From Candidatus Oxydemutatoraceae bacterium (GTDB lineage: Bacteria; Pseudomonadota; Gammaproteobacteria; Poriferisulfidales; Oxydemutatoraceae), in contig OZ244717.1 of NCBI GenBank assembly GCA_965218975.1, positions 1,024,001-1,088,000 of the forward strand: DNA of 64,000 nt, in the 5' to 3' direction. Numbering within the stretch: the stretch's first letter is position 1; each line of letters opens with the position of its first letter. The position numbers and the translations under genes were made by a program. Below the pieces are notes generated by a model. It saw nothing but the letters and a program-made list of their open reading frames with translations, was not told the origin of the DNA and searched no databases. Shown here one piece after another: positions 21,417 to 32,101 of this stretch.

Positions 21417-24376
21417 ATAGGGCACGCAATAACACTAACGGTTGCTCAAGGCTGATTGAGGTGGCGCTTCCCATTCGGGAGATCTCTGCCGAGAGCGTAC
21501 GCGACAAGAACATTCGTCACGGGCACATCAGCTGTCTGCATATCTGGTGGGCGCGGCGCCCCCTGGCGGTATCGCGCGCCGTGGTCTTTGCTTCGCTCGT
21601 GCCTGATCCCGACGATCAGCGGTGCCCGGCGGACTTCCGCGCAGCGGTGGAACGACACCTCAGGACGCACGTGCCGGAGCTGCTCAAGCACTATCGTCGC
21701 GGCAAAAAGGATCGTCGTGACGAGGACCCGTATCACCCCTATGACGGTATTAAAGACACGTTGCGAAATCGCCTCCTGATGTTCATCGCCAAGTGGTCGC
21801 CGGAGGCGCTGGCGTTCGAGGCTGGAAAGCGCAAAAGCCCGGCCTCTCCGAAAGAACTGCTCGACGACCGCTCCTTGGTGAAGTGGGAGACCTCCGATCC
21901 GGACAATGTCCAAGGGTTGGCGGTCCTTCGCATTGCTCGTGAGCTCGTGAGGGTTGCCCATGGCGGGAATGTTCCAACCGTACTTGATCCGTTCGCCGGC
22001 GGTGGCGCGATCCCGCTCGAGGCGGGCCGGCTTGGCTGCCAAGCCATTGCCAACGACTACAATCCGGTCGCGCATTTAATTCTCCGGGCCACGTGCGAAT
22101 GGCCGCAGAACTACGGCAAGCCCGGTATGAGAAAGGAGCTCAGCGAGGAGCTTGGCAAAAAGGCTGAGAGAAGCATCCCGGTTTCCAACGTTCTCGTCTA
22201 TGACCTAAAGAAGTGGGCGGACCGGATCCTGGACCAGGTACGACAAAAGATCAAGCATCTGTATCCTGCGGGGAAGGATGGTCGGCCGGTTCTGGCGTAT
22301 CTCTGGGTGCGGACAGTGCCTTGCTCCAATCCTTCATGTCAGGGGCAGATTCCGTTGCTGCGCAGCCTCGTCGTTCGCAGCAAGGCGCCAAAGGTCGCTC
22401 TCACTCTCGACATTGATCGGGAGAGAAAGAAGGTCTCGTTTGGAATTGCTAGGGGTGAGGCGATTAAGAGAACGGATGGAACCAAGCGCCCGAGGGGCCC
22501 GGTGGTTTGTCCCTACTGTGATCAGCGCACGTCAGAGAAAGAGATTCGCTTGGCCGCCCGCGCGGGCCGAATGAACGAGCAGATGGTTGCTGTCATCACG
22601 GAAGGTAAGGATGGCAAGCAATACCGGCCGGTTGAGGAAGTTGATCTCAGGGCAGTTAAATACGCAACGACGATCAAGGCGGAAGTTCCCGGCGAGTACA
22701 TCGTTCCCGAGATCAACGGCCCGGAAGCTGCATCCGATTCTGGCGCTCACCGAAGTATCAGTCTTGAACTATACGGCTTCACACGTTGGGGACAACTATT
22801 CACTCATCGCCAGCTTGTGGCCGTGCAGGCTTTTGTTGTCTCCCTCCATGAAGCATTGGAGGCGATGGAGCAGGCTATTCATGACAAGACCTATCGCCTT
22901 GGGCTCGGGCTTTACCTTGGATTGTGGCTAGATCGAATCGCATCTTTCGCCACGAATGTGTGCCGATGGGCGCCTGGTAGCCAGATTATCAAGACGCCGT
23001 TCGGCGGACAAGCTATCCCGATGATCTGGGATTACCCGGAGGTTAATCCGCTTGCCGACAGTTCCGGGACGGCGTCCACTCAGCTTAAGTATATGCTCAA
23101 AGTTATAGAGCGCGAGCGAAACTCCAGCAGATCGAGCAGCACAAAGCCGACCATCCTACTTGGCAATGCCGCGTCGTTGCCGCTCGATTCTGAATCTGTG
23201 GATTGCGTCGTTACCGATCCTCCGTACGGCAACTCCATCGCATACGCCGATCTTTCTGACTTCTTCTATGTTTGGTTAAAACGAGCGCTGGGAGACGCAT
23301 TTCCAATTGTGTTTCGCGCTCCTCAGACACCGAAGGACCAAGAGGCCACGAGTCACAAACACCGCCACAACGGCTCGCAGGAGCGCGCAAATGCCTTCTA
23401 TCGAAGGATGCTTCGAGATAGCTTCAGAGATAGTAAGCGCGTGGCGAAGGATTCCTCGCTCGTCATCGTCATGTTTGCGCACCAATCCATTGATGCATGG
23501 ATTGCTTTGCTCTCCGCTCTGTTCGAGGCAGGGCTCTCGCCTGATGCGACTTGGCCGATTGCAACAGAGATGCCCAACACTGCTCTTGCGATGGGAACCG
23601 CCTCGTTGGAGACGTCGGTGACCGTCGCCTGCCGGCCTCGGGTCGTCGGGAGCGCGGTTTCCTTCCGGCAGGTTCGCGCTGAGATTCAAGACGTCGTACA
23701 ACACGCCGTAAAGCGCTTCTGGTCCTATGGCTTTCGCGGCGCTGATCTCATTGTCGCCTGCTATGGCCCCGCAGTGGGCGTGTTCGGCAGGTACGAGCGG
23801 GTGGAGAAGGCGGACGGGACGCCGGTCGGCATTCCCGAACTCCTCAATCTCGCCAAGCGAGCCGCTCGGGACGCCATTGCAGGCGAGTTTCGCGGGGATA
23901 GCCTATCAACGCTCTACTACGTGTGGGCCAATCTCTACGGTACGGCAGAGCAAGCTTGGGACGATGCCCGGTTGGTGGTCCAGATCGGGGGAGATGAGGA
24001 CAACGCTATGGAAATTGCTCGCCAGCACGGAATCTTCATCGTAAGCGGCGCTAAGTGCCGGCTTGCCGTTCTCGAGGACCGCGCCGGCCGCCAGAGTCTA
24101 GGCATTGACCAGGACTCGCCCCACATTGATGCACTCCATCACAGCATGCTTCTCTGGAAGAAGGAAATGCGAAAGGACCTGGTCAAGTACCTCGGCAAGC
24201 ACGACCTATTGGAGGACGGCCCGTTTTGGAAACTGGCGCAGGCGCTATTTGAGGTTCTGCCTCGCGACTTACAGGATTGGAAGCTAGTCAACGCTCTGCT
24301 CGGCGAACGCCAGACACTGCGCATGGAGGGAAGGAGCATGGCATACAGAGACGAGCAAGAGGAACTAACTGTTTAA
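21413..24376 (+). CDS. DUF1156 family adenine-specific DNA methyltransferase with Zn ribbon
   Basis: LHIWWARRPLA, DPFAGGG (motif I), CSNPSC..CPYC, TDPPY (motif IV), YADLSDFFYVW. Confidence 0.92.
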   Translation: MNRARNNTNGCSRLIEVALPIREISAESVRDKNIRHGHISCLHIWWARRPLAVSRAVVFASLVPDPDDQRCPADFRAAVERHLRTHVPELLKHYRRGKKDRRDEDPYHPYDGIKDTLRNRLLMFIAKWSPEALAFEAGKRKSPASPKELLDDRSLVKWETSDPDNVQGLAVLRIARELVRVAHGGNVPTVLDPFAGGGAIPLEAGRLGCQAIANDYNPVAHLILRATCEWPQNYGKPGMRKELSEELGKKAERSIPVSNVLVYDLKKWADRILDQVRQKIKHLYPAGKDGRPVLAYLWVRTVPCSNPSCQGQIPLLRSLVVRSKAPKVALTLDIDRERKKVSFGIARGEAIKRTDGTKRPRGPVVCPYCDQRTSEKEIRLAARAGRMNEQMVAVITEGKDGKQYRPVEEVDLRAVKYATTIKAEVPGEYIVPEINGPEAASDSGAHRSISLELYGFTRWGQLFTHRQLVAVQAFVVSLHEALEAMEQAIHDKTYRLGLGLYLGLWLDRIASFATNVCRWAPGSQIIKTPFGGQAIPMIWDYPEVNPLADSSGTASTQLKYMLKVIERERNSSRSSSTKPTILLGNAASLPLDSESVDCVVTDPPYGNSIAYADLSDFFYVWLKRALGDAFPIVFRAPQTPKDQEATSHKHRHNGSQERANAFYRRMLRDSFRDSKRVAKDSSLVIVMFAHQSIDAWIALLSALFEAGLSPDATWPIATEMPNTALAMGTASLETSVTVACRPRVVGSAVSFRQVRAEIQDVVQHAVKRFWSYGFRGADLIVACYGPAVGVFGRYERVEKADGTPVGIPELLNLAKRAARDAIAGEFRGDSLSTLYYVWANLYGTAEQAWDDARLVVQIGGDEDNAMEIARQHGIFIVSGAKCRLAVLEDRAGRQSLGIDQDSPHIDALHHSMLLWKKEMRKDLVKYLGKHDLLEDGPFWKLAQALFEVLPRDLQDWKLVNALLGERQTLRMEGRSMAYRDEQEELTV

Positions 24377-24394
24377 CTAAGGAGGTGATGGTTT

Positions 24395-27244
24395 GTGACG
24401 AATGAAACGCTCAAGCCTTGGTATGCTGTTGCGACGCCCCACAAGGATATTCGAGAGGGGCGTCTCGCCGAGGCGATATTCGCCGCCGACATCTGGGCAG
24501 TGATCCAGGGAACGGCGCCTGAGGTCTATCTGGACGCCGAGGAGTTTTTCCGCAAGACCTACATGACGACCGGATTGTCCACGATGATCAACCGGGTCGC
24601 GGGAGCGCTGAGCCGCGCAGGTGACACCGGGGACCGCATCGTTAGTCTTCAGACCGCCTTCGGCGGCGGCAAGACACACACATTGGTAGCGCTATGGCAT
24701 TTGGCGCGGCACGCCGATCGGCTCCAGGACTCGCCTCATGCGGAACACCTTCGGCAAGCCGTTGGCGGGCGACTGCCCGAGGAAGTGAACGGTATTGCCG
24801 TGTTCACCAACCAGACCTGCGACGCGACCCAGGGGCACAAGGTCGCCGACGGAGTTCACCTGCGCACGTTGTGGGGCGAGTTAGCGTACCAGCTCGGCGG
24901 GCGGGCGCTCTATGAGCGTGTGCGAGCAAACGACGAGAGCCGGCGGGTTCCGCAGGGACTCTTCGTCGAAATCCTGAAGGCTGCATCGCCATGCCTGATT
25001 CTCTTGGACGAACTGGCTGACTACTGCGTGGGGGCAGCGGGGGTGCCCGTCGGAGATACGAGTCTTGCCGATCAAACCGTTTCCTTCATCCAGCAGCTCA
25101 CCGAGTCCGTGCAGCAAGTCCCGGGTGCGGTCGTGATCGCGACCCTACCAGGAAGCAAGTACGAAGTGGCGCAGAGCGAGAAGGCACAGGAAGCCTTCGT
25201 GACGCTGGAAAAACGTTTCCAGCGTCTTGGTGCCGACGTCAAGCCGGTCGGGGACCGGGAGATCCATGAGGTTGTCCGTGCCCGACTGTTCGAATCCATC
25301 GCGCCTCAGAATGAGCCGGACTATCCCGCGAAAGTTGCCCAAGCCTATCAGGGCATGTATGCGTCGCATGCCAACGAGGTGCCTCCGGAAGCTGCCAAGA
25401 ACACCTACCGGGAGCAGATCCGGCGCGCGTATCCCTTCCACCCGCTGCTCATCGATACGCTTTACACTCGTTGGGGCAGCCATCCTGACTTCCAGCGAAC
25501 GCGCGGCGTATTGCGTCTGTTGGCGAGTATCGTTGAGGATCTTTGGAAACGTCGGCAAGGAAACACGCGAACGCAGCACCTGATCCAGCCGTGCGACGTG
25601 CGCTGGTCCATTGATGCTGCACAGGCAGTGTTGACGCGCCTTTGGGGGTCGTCGTACCAGTCTGTTGCCGCCGCCGACGTTATCGGGGATAAATCTAATT
25701 CCGGCGCCTTTGACGAGGAACGTGGAGGTAGCTACCGGAGCGAGGCCATCGGTCAAGGGCTGGCGTCCGCTATTCTTCTTGGCTCGTTTGGAGGGCAAGG
25801 GGGCCGAAGCGGATTCACCTCCAAGGACCTGAAGCTCGCGTGTTCGCGGCGAGGTCTGAATTGGAACTATGGCGACGGCGCATTGCTGGAGCTGGAGAAC
25901 AGGTGCTTCTATCTCCACACGACAATGGCTGGAAACCTAGGGAAGCGATACTGGTTCGGGACGAAGCCGACGCTCAACAAGCTGGTGGTCCAGTACCGTC
26001 AGCAGAGCGCGAACCGATACTTCAACGAAGCGATCACCGAGGACCTTCGAACGGAGTCCCAGAAAGGTGCCCTGGCCGGCGCGACGTGGCGCGTAATCGT
26101 CAATCCCGGGCAGGATCTACCGGAGCAGAAGTCTCTCTCGGTGCTGATCCTACCGCCAGCGCTTGCCTGGGACGAGAACGGGGGCGCGAAGGATGCGGTC
26201 CGGGAAAGGGTGAAGTCCATCAGCGCCAAGTGCGGTGCCAGGGATCGCTTGTACCGCAATACACTCGTTTTCCTTGCAGGCACCGCGCGCGGGCTCCGTA
26301 AACTGCGGCAGGCTTATCAGAAGCGCGTCGCTCTCGAGGGAGTCCGCGCGGATTACTGGGTCCAGCTCGACAACGAGCAGCAAGACGATCTCAAGAAGCG
26401 CCTCGACATCGCGGATCGGGCAGCTTTGGCGGCGCTAGGCGCAGCGTACACGGTCGCTCTGCACGTACGCGGGCAGGACGTGGAAGATTGTTCTCTCTCC
26501 GATGCGCGACACAGCTTCCAGGAACATCTCGGATACGTCTGGACGACGTTGGTCGAAGACGAAGAGTGGATTCTGCGTCGCGTCGGCTCGGTCACCTTGC
26601 AAGACACCGGCATGATCCCCAAGGAAGGTGGACTCCGTTTGAAGGAAGCAGTCGAGGCTTTCCTGCGATTCACCGACAAGCCGATGGTTGCAACCAAGGA
26701 TGCTGTAACCGTCGGATTGGCGCGGGCGTGCGAGGACGGGCTCTTGGGCATCGGTCGCGGTGGAGGCGTTTCCTCGCTTCTAACGCGGCACTGTCGACAG
26801 CCGGTCTCGCTCGACCCGACCGAGGACGGTGTCTGGATCATCCCGTCCTTCAATCCTATACCTGCGACAGAGTCCGGAGACGAGGAGACACGCGGCACCG
26901 GCATCGACGAAGGACAGACGGGCTACAGCCCCGGTGCGGATGGGGGGACAAGAACTGTTACCGGCGAAGATGGCGGCGAAACCACTACAGACCTGGAAAC
27001 TTCCGACAAGGGCGCGGTTCGGCGCTTTGTCGTTCAGGGTGAGGTACCCGTCGAAAGTTGGGCCGATCTTTTCCGCTGCTTCGTCGGCCCCGCAGCGCAG
27101 ATGCGTTTGAAGAAGCTTGGGCTCGGTGTCCGGTTCGAGATGGTGCTCCCGGAAAACGGGGCGTTGAGCGAAGACGATCCGACGCTCAAGGCAATGAAGG
27201 AGGCCGCGAGACAGCTGGGTCTGACGCTCCGGTTCGAGGATTAA
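24395..27244 (+). CDS. DUF499 family AAA+ ATPase
   Basis: [21 protein letters not shown] Walker A, LILLDE Walker [18 protein letters not shown]; AAGGAGG RBS. Confidence 0.92.
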   Translation: MTNETLKPWYAVATPHKDIREGRLAEAIFAADIWAVIQGTAPEVYLDAEEFFRKTYMTTGLSTMINRVAGALSRAGDTGDRIVSLQTAFGGGKTHTLVALWHLARHADRLQDSPHAEHLRQAVGGRLPEEVNGIAVFTNQTCDATQGHKVADGVHLRTLWGELAYQLGGRALYERVRANDESRRVPQGLFVEILKAASPCLILLDELADYCVGAAGVPVGDTSLADQTVSFIQQLTESVQQVPGAVVIATLPGSKYEVAQSEKAQEAFVTLEKRFQRLGADVKPVGDREIHEVVRARLFESIAPQNEPDYPAKVAQAYQGMYASHANEVPPEAAKNTYREQIRRAYPFHPLLIDTLYTRWGSHPDFQRTRGVLRLLASIVEDLWKRRQGNTRTQHLIQPCDVRWSIDAAQAVLTRLWGSSYQSVAAADVIGDKSNSGAFDEERGGSYRSEAIGQGLASAILLGSFGGQGGRSGFTSKDLKLACSRRGLNWNYGDGALLELENRCFYLHTTMAGNLGKRYWFGTKPTLNKLVVQYRQQSANRYFNEAITEDLRTESQKGALAGATWRVIVNPGQDLPEQKSLSVLILPPALAWDENGGAKDAVRERVKSISAKCGARDRLYRNTLVFLAGTARGLRKLRQAYQKRVALEGVRADYWVQLDNEQQDDLKKRLDIADRAALAALGAAYTVALHVRGQDVEDCSLSDARHSFQEHLGYVWTTLVEDEEWILRRVGSVTLQDTGMIPKEGGLRLKEAVEAFLRFTDKPMVATKDAVTVGLARACEDGLLGIGRGGGVSSLLTRHCRQPVSLDPTEDGVWIIPSFNPIPATESGDEETRGTGIDEGQTGYSPGADGGTRTVTGEDGGETTTDLETSDKGAVRRFVVQGEVPVESWADLFRCFVGPAAQMRLKKLGLGVRFEMVLPENGALSEDDPTLKAMKEAARQLGLTLRFED

Positions 27245-27305
27245 GATCAATACTCTACTAAAATTAATCCCGTTCAGGCAATGGCAAATTCGTGTTAAAT
27301 CAGCA

Positions 27306-27890
27306 GTGTCCACACAAATGACTTCCCCTATGGTGCATCACGTGCTGCATAAGAGTTTATTGCCTCCGTACCCGAAGGCGACTGAAGAAATTTTATTTGG
27401 GTTGGGTTGTTTCTGGGGGGCGGAACGTTATTTTTGGCAGCTACCCGGAGTGTATGTCACGATGGTCGGTTATGCGGGCGGGCGCGTACCCAACCCGACT
27501 TACCGTGAGGTCTGTTCCGGCACGACCGGTCATTGCGAAGCGGTGCGTGTTATATATGACCCCGGGCTTGTTTCCACGGATGCTTTGTTGAAGGTTTTTT
27601 GGGAAGCGCATGATCCGACGCAAGGCATGCGCCAGGGCAATGACATCGGCACGCAATACCGCTCGGCCATTTATGCCATGACTCCTGCGCAACTGCATCG
27701 CGCTCGCGCCTCAAAGGATCATTACCGGAAATTATTGGCGGCGGCGCAGCGGGGGAAGATCACTACGGAAATCGCGCTCGCGCAGCCGTTTTACTATGCC
27801 GAAGATTACCATCAACAATACCTGGCAAAAAATCCTGGCGGATATTGCGGTTTAGGCGGCACGGGTGTCGCTTTTACCGAAAACTTTTAG
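27306..27890 (+). CDS. msrA: Peptide methionine sulfoxide reductase MsrA
   Basis: [31 protein letters not shown] motifs. Confidence 0.95.
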   Translation: MSTQMTSPMVHHVLHKSLLPPYPKATEEILFGLGCFWGAERYFWQLPGVYVTMVGYAGGRVPNPTYREVCSGTTGHCEAVRVIYDPGLVSTDALLKVFWEAHDPTQGMRQGNDIGTQYRSAIYAMTPAQLHRARASKDHYRKLLAAAQRGKITTEIALAQPFYYAEDYHQQYLAKNPGGYCGLGGTGVAFTENF

Positions 27891-28556
27891 CACGAACGCA
27901 TACCTCAAAGCGACTTCCTTGAGGTAATCAAAACGCCCGGCCGCACCCGCATGCCCGGCCGATAAATTTGTTTTCAGCAGGAGCAGATTATCGTCGGTCT
28001 TTAACGTGCGCAGTTTCGCAACCCACTTTGCGGGCTCCCAATACGTGACCCTGGCGTCGCTGATGCCGGCGGTGACTAATATCGCCGGGTAATTCTTTGC
28101 CGCAACGTTGTCGTAAGGGGAATAGTCGGCAATATATGTAAATGAGTCCCGATCGACAATCGGATTACCCCATTCCTCCCATTCCGGCGGCGTCAGCGGC
28201 AGACTGTCGTCGCAAATCGTATTCAGCACGTCCACGAACGGCACGTCGGCAAGTGCGGCGCGGAATAATCCCGGGGCCTGATTTAGCACTGCGCCGATCA
28301 GCAAGCCGCCCGCCGAACCGCCGTGAATCGCAATTTCACCCGGGGCGCAAAACCCTGCGTCAACGAGGGGCTTTGCCACCGTGATGAAATCGTTTTCGCT
28401 TTCCAGATAGCTGCGGATTTTTGTATCCAGCGCGGCGGGGTTTTTAATCACTGCCTGCCAATCGGGGTCGCGCAGCCATGCGTAGTCATCGGTCCACGTA
28501 CGGCCGTGGCGTTGATGCCGAACGGGTTTTTTATCGGTGCGCGGGGGTGTCGGCAT
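27852..28556 (-). pseudogene. ptrB: Oligopeptidase B (S9A) with large in-frame internal deletion
   Basis: N-terminal DDYAWLRD...YLESEN joined directly to DFI...GGSAGG, VPFVD, D.RV, AGH catalytic region; beta-propeller missing. Confidence 0.82.
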
Positions 28557-28563
28557 ACTACTT

Positions 28564-29112
28564 TTACAATATGAACTCACGCAGGGGACGATAGCGCGCG
28601 CCATCTTCACTGAGGATGGATTGCATCAGCAGGAAACGTTCGACGGGGAACTCAATGACCGGCGCGTCTTCGGGAATATTTGCCAATGCGGATTTTCTCA
28701 GCAGGGTTACGTGCGGACAGAACTTTTGCCACGAACCGAAGCCACAAGGCGTTAACGCACGATGTAGCCGCCGGTATAGTTCGACCAGGGGCTTGTCGGC
28801 AGCAGCAGCACCGATCCATACGGTTTGCCGTTTGACGAAGACACCGTACTAATCGAGCCGCACGGCAAAAGGCCGCATGCGCACCTCGGCAGCGGCTGTT
28901 TCCAGGCACTGCTGGTATTGTGCGGACGCCCCACCGATAAACGCCAGAGTAATGTGCAGATTTTCCGCCGGCACCGCGCGCGCCTGCGCCGAGACGACTT
29001 TGTGCTGCGCTTCCAGCAAAGACACGACTGTCGGCTCATTCGGTTTGATTGCAAAGAACAACCGCCTCTGCGCACGCCGTTTGTGCGCACGCCGTTTCCG
29101 TATATCCTGCAT
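28564..29112 (-). pseudogene. thpR: RNA 2',3'-cyclic phosphodiesterase (2'-5' RNA ligase), premature TAG at 28849-28851
   Basis: RLFFA and LHITLAF; the frame continues past the stop with PHVTLLRK and ...SEDGARYRPL to TAA at 28564. Confidence 0.85.
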
Positions 29113-29122
29113 AATCCCATAG

Positions 29123-29128
29123 TATAAT
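29123..29128 (+). promoter_or_regulatory. Probable sigma70 -10 box of tRNA-Ala
   Basis: Perfect TATAAT followed by GC-rich gcgtc, 15 nt before the tRNA; no clear -35. Confidence 0.5.
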
Positions 29129-29143
29129 GCGTCTCCTTCGGAT

Positions 29144-29219
29144 GGGGCGGTAGCTCAGCTGGGAGAGCGTCGCGTTCGCATCGCGAAGGTCGGGAGTTCG
29201 AATCTCCTTCGCTCCACCA
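29144..29219 (+). tRNA. tRNA-Ala(CGC)
   Basis: GGGGCGG acceptor, anticodon arm tcgcg-ttCGCat-cgcga, GTTCGAA T-loop, CCA end. Confidence 0.95.
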
Positions 29220-29483
29220 AAGACGATTGGCTACCTCGTCCGGCGCTTCAAGTCGGTGGCTTGAGGGATTTTTAATCTTTGAAAAGATTTTCTTCCGAAA
29301 TAAAATTTCGGACTCGGTTGGTTTTTATTGAAAAGCTTTCTGCTTTGATGGTTCTTTCTAATCTCTACCTAAAAATTGAAAATTTAGAATCTCGTCCACT
29401 TCGGCTATTCCACAGGAGTAATTTTTATCCCGCCAGTCTTTTACTTCTGCTTTTAGTTTTGCTAGGAAGCGGTTCATAATTTA

Positions 29484-30005
29484 TTAAAAATTCCACCTTT
29501 GTTGTTCCATAAACTTTTGCGGCAATACGCATTCAACATTGTAGTGTTTGCATATATCTGGGATTTTATAAGCGCCCTGTATTTCTTCTTTTCTTTTCTT
29601 TTTGTTGCCGGCTTTTCTTGTTGGTGCCGGCTTTTCTCTTGTAACCACGATGCTTTGATTAGCAATTGCTTTGGCGATAACAAAGGGGTCGGCGACGGGA
29701 TTGCCTTTCATGGTTTGTTTTTTTGAGATAAGTGTTTGAAATTCGCGATTTTGAAATATGCCTCTCACCACATTTTGTTCTTCCGGTGTAGGGTTAGTAA
29801 AGATATTCCTATTGTTGCTTATCCAGTTTGCAAGATGCTCTTGTTCCCCCTTATATTGCTCCAGTTCTGCCCTAACTTGCTCTACGGATGAAATAATTTC
29901 CTGACTAACAGCCTCATTTAATTTTTTCCAAAATGAGGGAAAAGTCTCGGGATAATAATCACGACTAATAATGAAAAAACCTGTATCAAGGACGTAAGTA
30001 TTCAC
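29484..30005 (-). CDS. DUF4411 family PIN-domain protein (putative toxin)
   Basis: YVLDT, YYP..FPSFW, ADPFVIAKA, VVTRE, KIPDIC; coupled to the ImmA gene. Confidence 0.88.
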   Translation of the reverse strand: MNTYVLDTGFFIISRDYYPETFPSFWKKLNEAVSQEIISSVEQVRAELEQYKGEQEHLANWISNNRNIFTNPTPEEQNVVRGIFQNREFQTLISKKQTMKGNPVADPFVIAKAIANQSIVVTREKPAPTRKAGNKKKRKEEIQGAYKIPDICKHYNVECVLPQKFMEQQRWNF

Positions 30006-31123
30006 ACCAGTCCTTCCATCTTTGAGACAGATGAAATTTTTATGCCTAAGTAATCGGCGACTTGCTCTCGACTAATTTGTTGCTGATAGTATTTGGCAAA
30101 TACGGTATCTATGTATTTTTTACCGAGGTAGGCTTTTTGAGCCAGAAAGTAATTTCCTCTGCTCTTCTTTTTAACAGGAGGAGATTTTCTTCTTTGGGCA
30201 ATTTTTGCCTCGTATCCCCGCGAAGAAATAAGATTTCTATCCCTAAATTTTCTCAGAATAACCTCATAACTCACCTTGTATTTTTTGGCTATTCCATTGA
30301 TTGCGTTATCGTCGGGCAATGAAGAATAATTTAATCCTTCCGACGGCACAAGAAAATGCCCCGCAAAAGCATTGCAAAAGACCTCTTCGTTTTTATAGTC
30401 TCCGGTTAATTCGGGAGGCGCAATGCCAAAATCAATACCTCCGTCTCTTCTGAGGATATGTCCTAACTCATGAAAGAGAGTAAATATTTGTCGCTCTTTT
30501 GCTTGATTGTTGTTGATATAAATAATAGGGAACTTCCTGTCGTAAATACAAAAACCGCAATAACCGTTATTATTAAAACTATCCTTAAATACCCAAATAC
30601 CTACACCTTCAACAGCTTCTCGCCATTTGTTTAAAGCTTCATCCGCATTTTTCCACGATATTTGATCTTGCAGAGAAAGACCTAAGTAATTTCTTACTTT
30701 CTCTGCCAGTGTTTCAGGATTTTGTATATCTTCGTCAATATTCCAATTGAATACTTTTACTTCTTGTTGCGATCCTATATTGAGCTCTTCCAAATCCATT
30801 TGTCTAACCTTTGCTTTCCTAACCAAATAGCGAATTTTAGGGGGTATGTCTGCGTTAACCCGGTCCGGTAGAGAACGAAATTCTTTTTTTATAGGCTGCT
30901 CTTGCGGAGGTTCAGGAAAGAAAAATAAAGCAACAGGTCTTTTATATAATTCCGACAGTTTTTTTAGTTGGGGGTAAGTGGGTTGCGACTCGCCGCTTTC
31001 CCATTGGTTAAGTTTTTCTAAATCAACCGTTTTAAGCTTCAAATGCTCTATAACTTCTTCCTGGCTATAGCCAATGCTTTCTCTAGCCCATTTTAATACT
31101 GTCGTTTCAGCTGAATTATTCAT
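30002..31123 (-). CDS. XRE HTH + ImmA/IrrE (M78) metallopeptidase
   Basis: LKWARE..G, WESGESQPT HTH; FTLFHELGH zinc motif; E..CNAFAG.FLVP. Confidence 0.92.
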   Translation of the reverse strand: MNNSAETTVLKWARESIGYSQEEVIEHLKLKTVDLEKLNQWESGESQPTYPQLKKLSELYKRPVALFFFPEPPQEQPIKKEFRSLPDRVNADIPPKIRYLVRKAKVRQMDLEELNIGSQQEVKVFNWNIDEDIQNPETLAEKVRNYLGLSLQDQISWKNADEALNKWREAVEGVGIWVFKDSFNNNGYCGFCIYDRKFPIIYINNNQAKERQIFTLFHELGHILRRDGGIDFGIAPPELTGDYKNEEVFCNAFAGHFLVPSEGLNYSSLPDDNAINGIAKKYKVSYEVILRKFRDRNLISSRGYEAKIAQRRKSPPVKKKSRGNYFLAQKAYLGKKYIDTVFAKYYQQQISREQVADYLGIKISSVSKMEGLV

Positions 31124-31448
31124 AGCTCACTCTTTTATAATGACTATCTCTTTCTCCTAACATATCAATGATTTTCACCGCAACTTTACCTTTGCCTTCT
31201 ATTGGACATTTCCCTTGTGCTAAATCCCTTTTCTTCTTGGGAACATCGCCATAGACAATATTAAAGACTTTACCGTTGTAATCATTGTCTATTAAAACAC
31301 AATCAATCATTGCTCTAAAATCTTTTATCTCGGAAGCAAAAATGCTCTTATCGTGATACAGTCTTTTGATAGTGGCAGGATTGATTAAATTCTCTATGGT
31401 GATGCCTTTCTTTTTACCAGGGTTTATTTTTTGCTTGACATGGCTCAA
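31116..31448 (-). pseudogene. C-terminal fragment of a site-specific DNA methyltransferase (Mod-like)
   Basis: IDCVLIDNDYNGKVFN...KVAVKIIDMLGE resembles the C-terminal tail of such MTases; no catalytic motifs present. Confidence 0.55.
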
Positions 31449-31786
31449 ATAAGAATAGGTCTTTCCGGCTTTGAACTGGGCTTTCTCAAATACTTAAAAT
31501 TAGATCTTTTCGGCTATTGCGCGAGGATAGTTTTCGTTCCGCCAAGTTTTCACTTCGGTTTTTAGTTCTTTAAGGTGAGCACGTAAATCGGGCGGACGTT
31601 GTGTTTGGCGCTGGCGGTGTGGTGCGGTCAATGCTCTTTTCAGAGTAGTAATCTACTCTCATTGAGTAAATCGTTTGCCTTTCATCGTTAAATAAATTGC
31701 ACGGAAAATCTATTAATTATTTTGGCTACTTTTATGAGAAGAAAGTCAAAGAATATAAAAATTCCCCGAGCGTTGAAATTGAAAAA

Positions 31787-31876
31787 TGGCGGAGAGGGAG
31801 GGATTCGAACCCCCGGACCCTGTGAAGGATCAATGGTTTTCAAGACCATCGCTTTCGACCGCTCAGCCACCTCTCC
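31787..31876 (-). tRNA. tRNA-Ser(TGA)
   Basis: GGAGAGG acceptor, atggt-ctTGAaa-accat anticodon arm, long variable arm, GTTCGAA, CCA; 90 nt. Confidence 0.95.
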
Positions 31877-32101
31877 CTTTGTTCGTTATCGGGGGTTTAT
31901 AAAAACCGTATTAATTGATCCGTACTACCTAACCCTAATTGAGGGTGTATGGAACTAGAATTATATGTTGAACAAATATTTCTCAATAGTATGCATAGTA
32001 AATTAAGTAGCTGGTATTGTAGACCGAGCATATCAGTTGGTCTCCCGTTACAGTGCCAGATACATGTGGGATTCACGGCACGACTCAAAAAGGTAACCGA
32101 T

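Noticed and set aside
28849-28851. Recoded stop codons (TAG in thpR, TGA at 9360 in SIR2)
   Set aside because: TAG and TGA end intact genes elsewhere in the window, and both are one C->T step from CAG/CGA; nonsense mutation is simpler
29220-31786. Integron cassette or prophage
   Set aside because: No integrase, no clear attC structure and no phage structural genes
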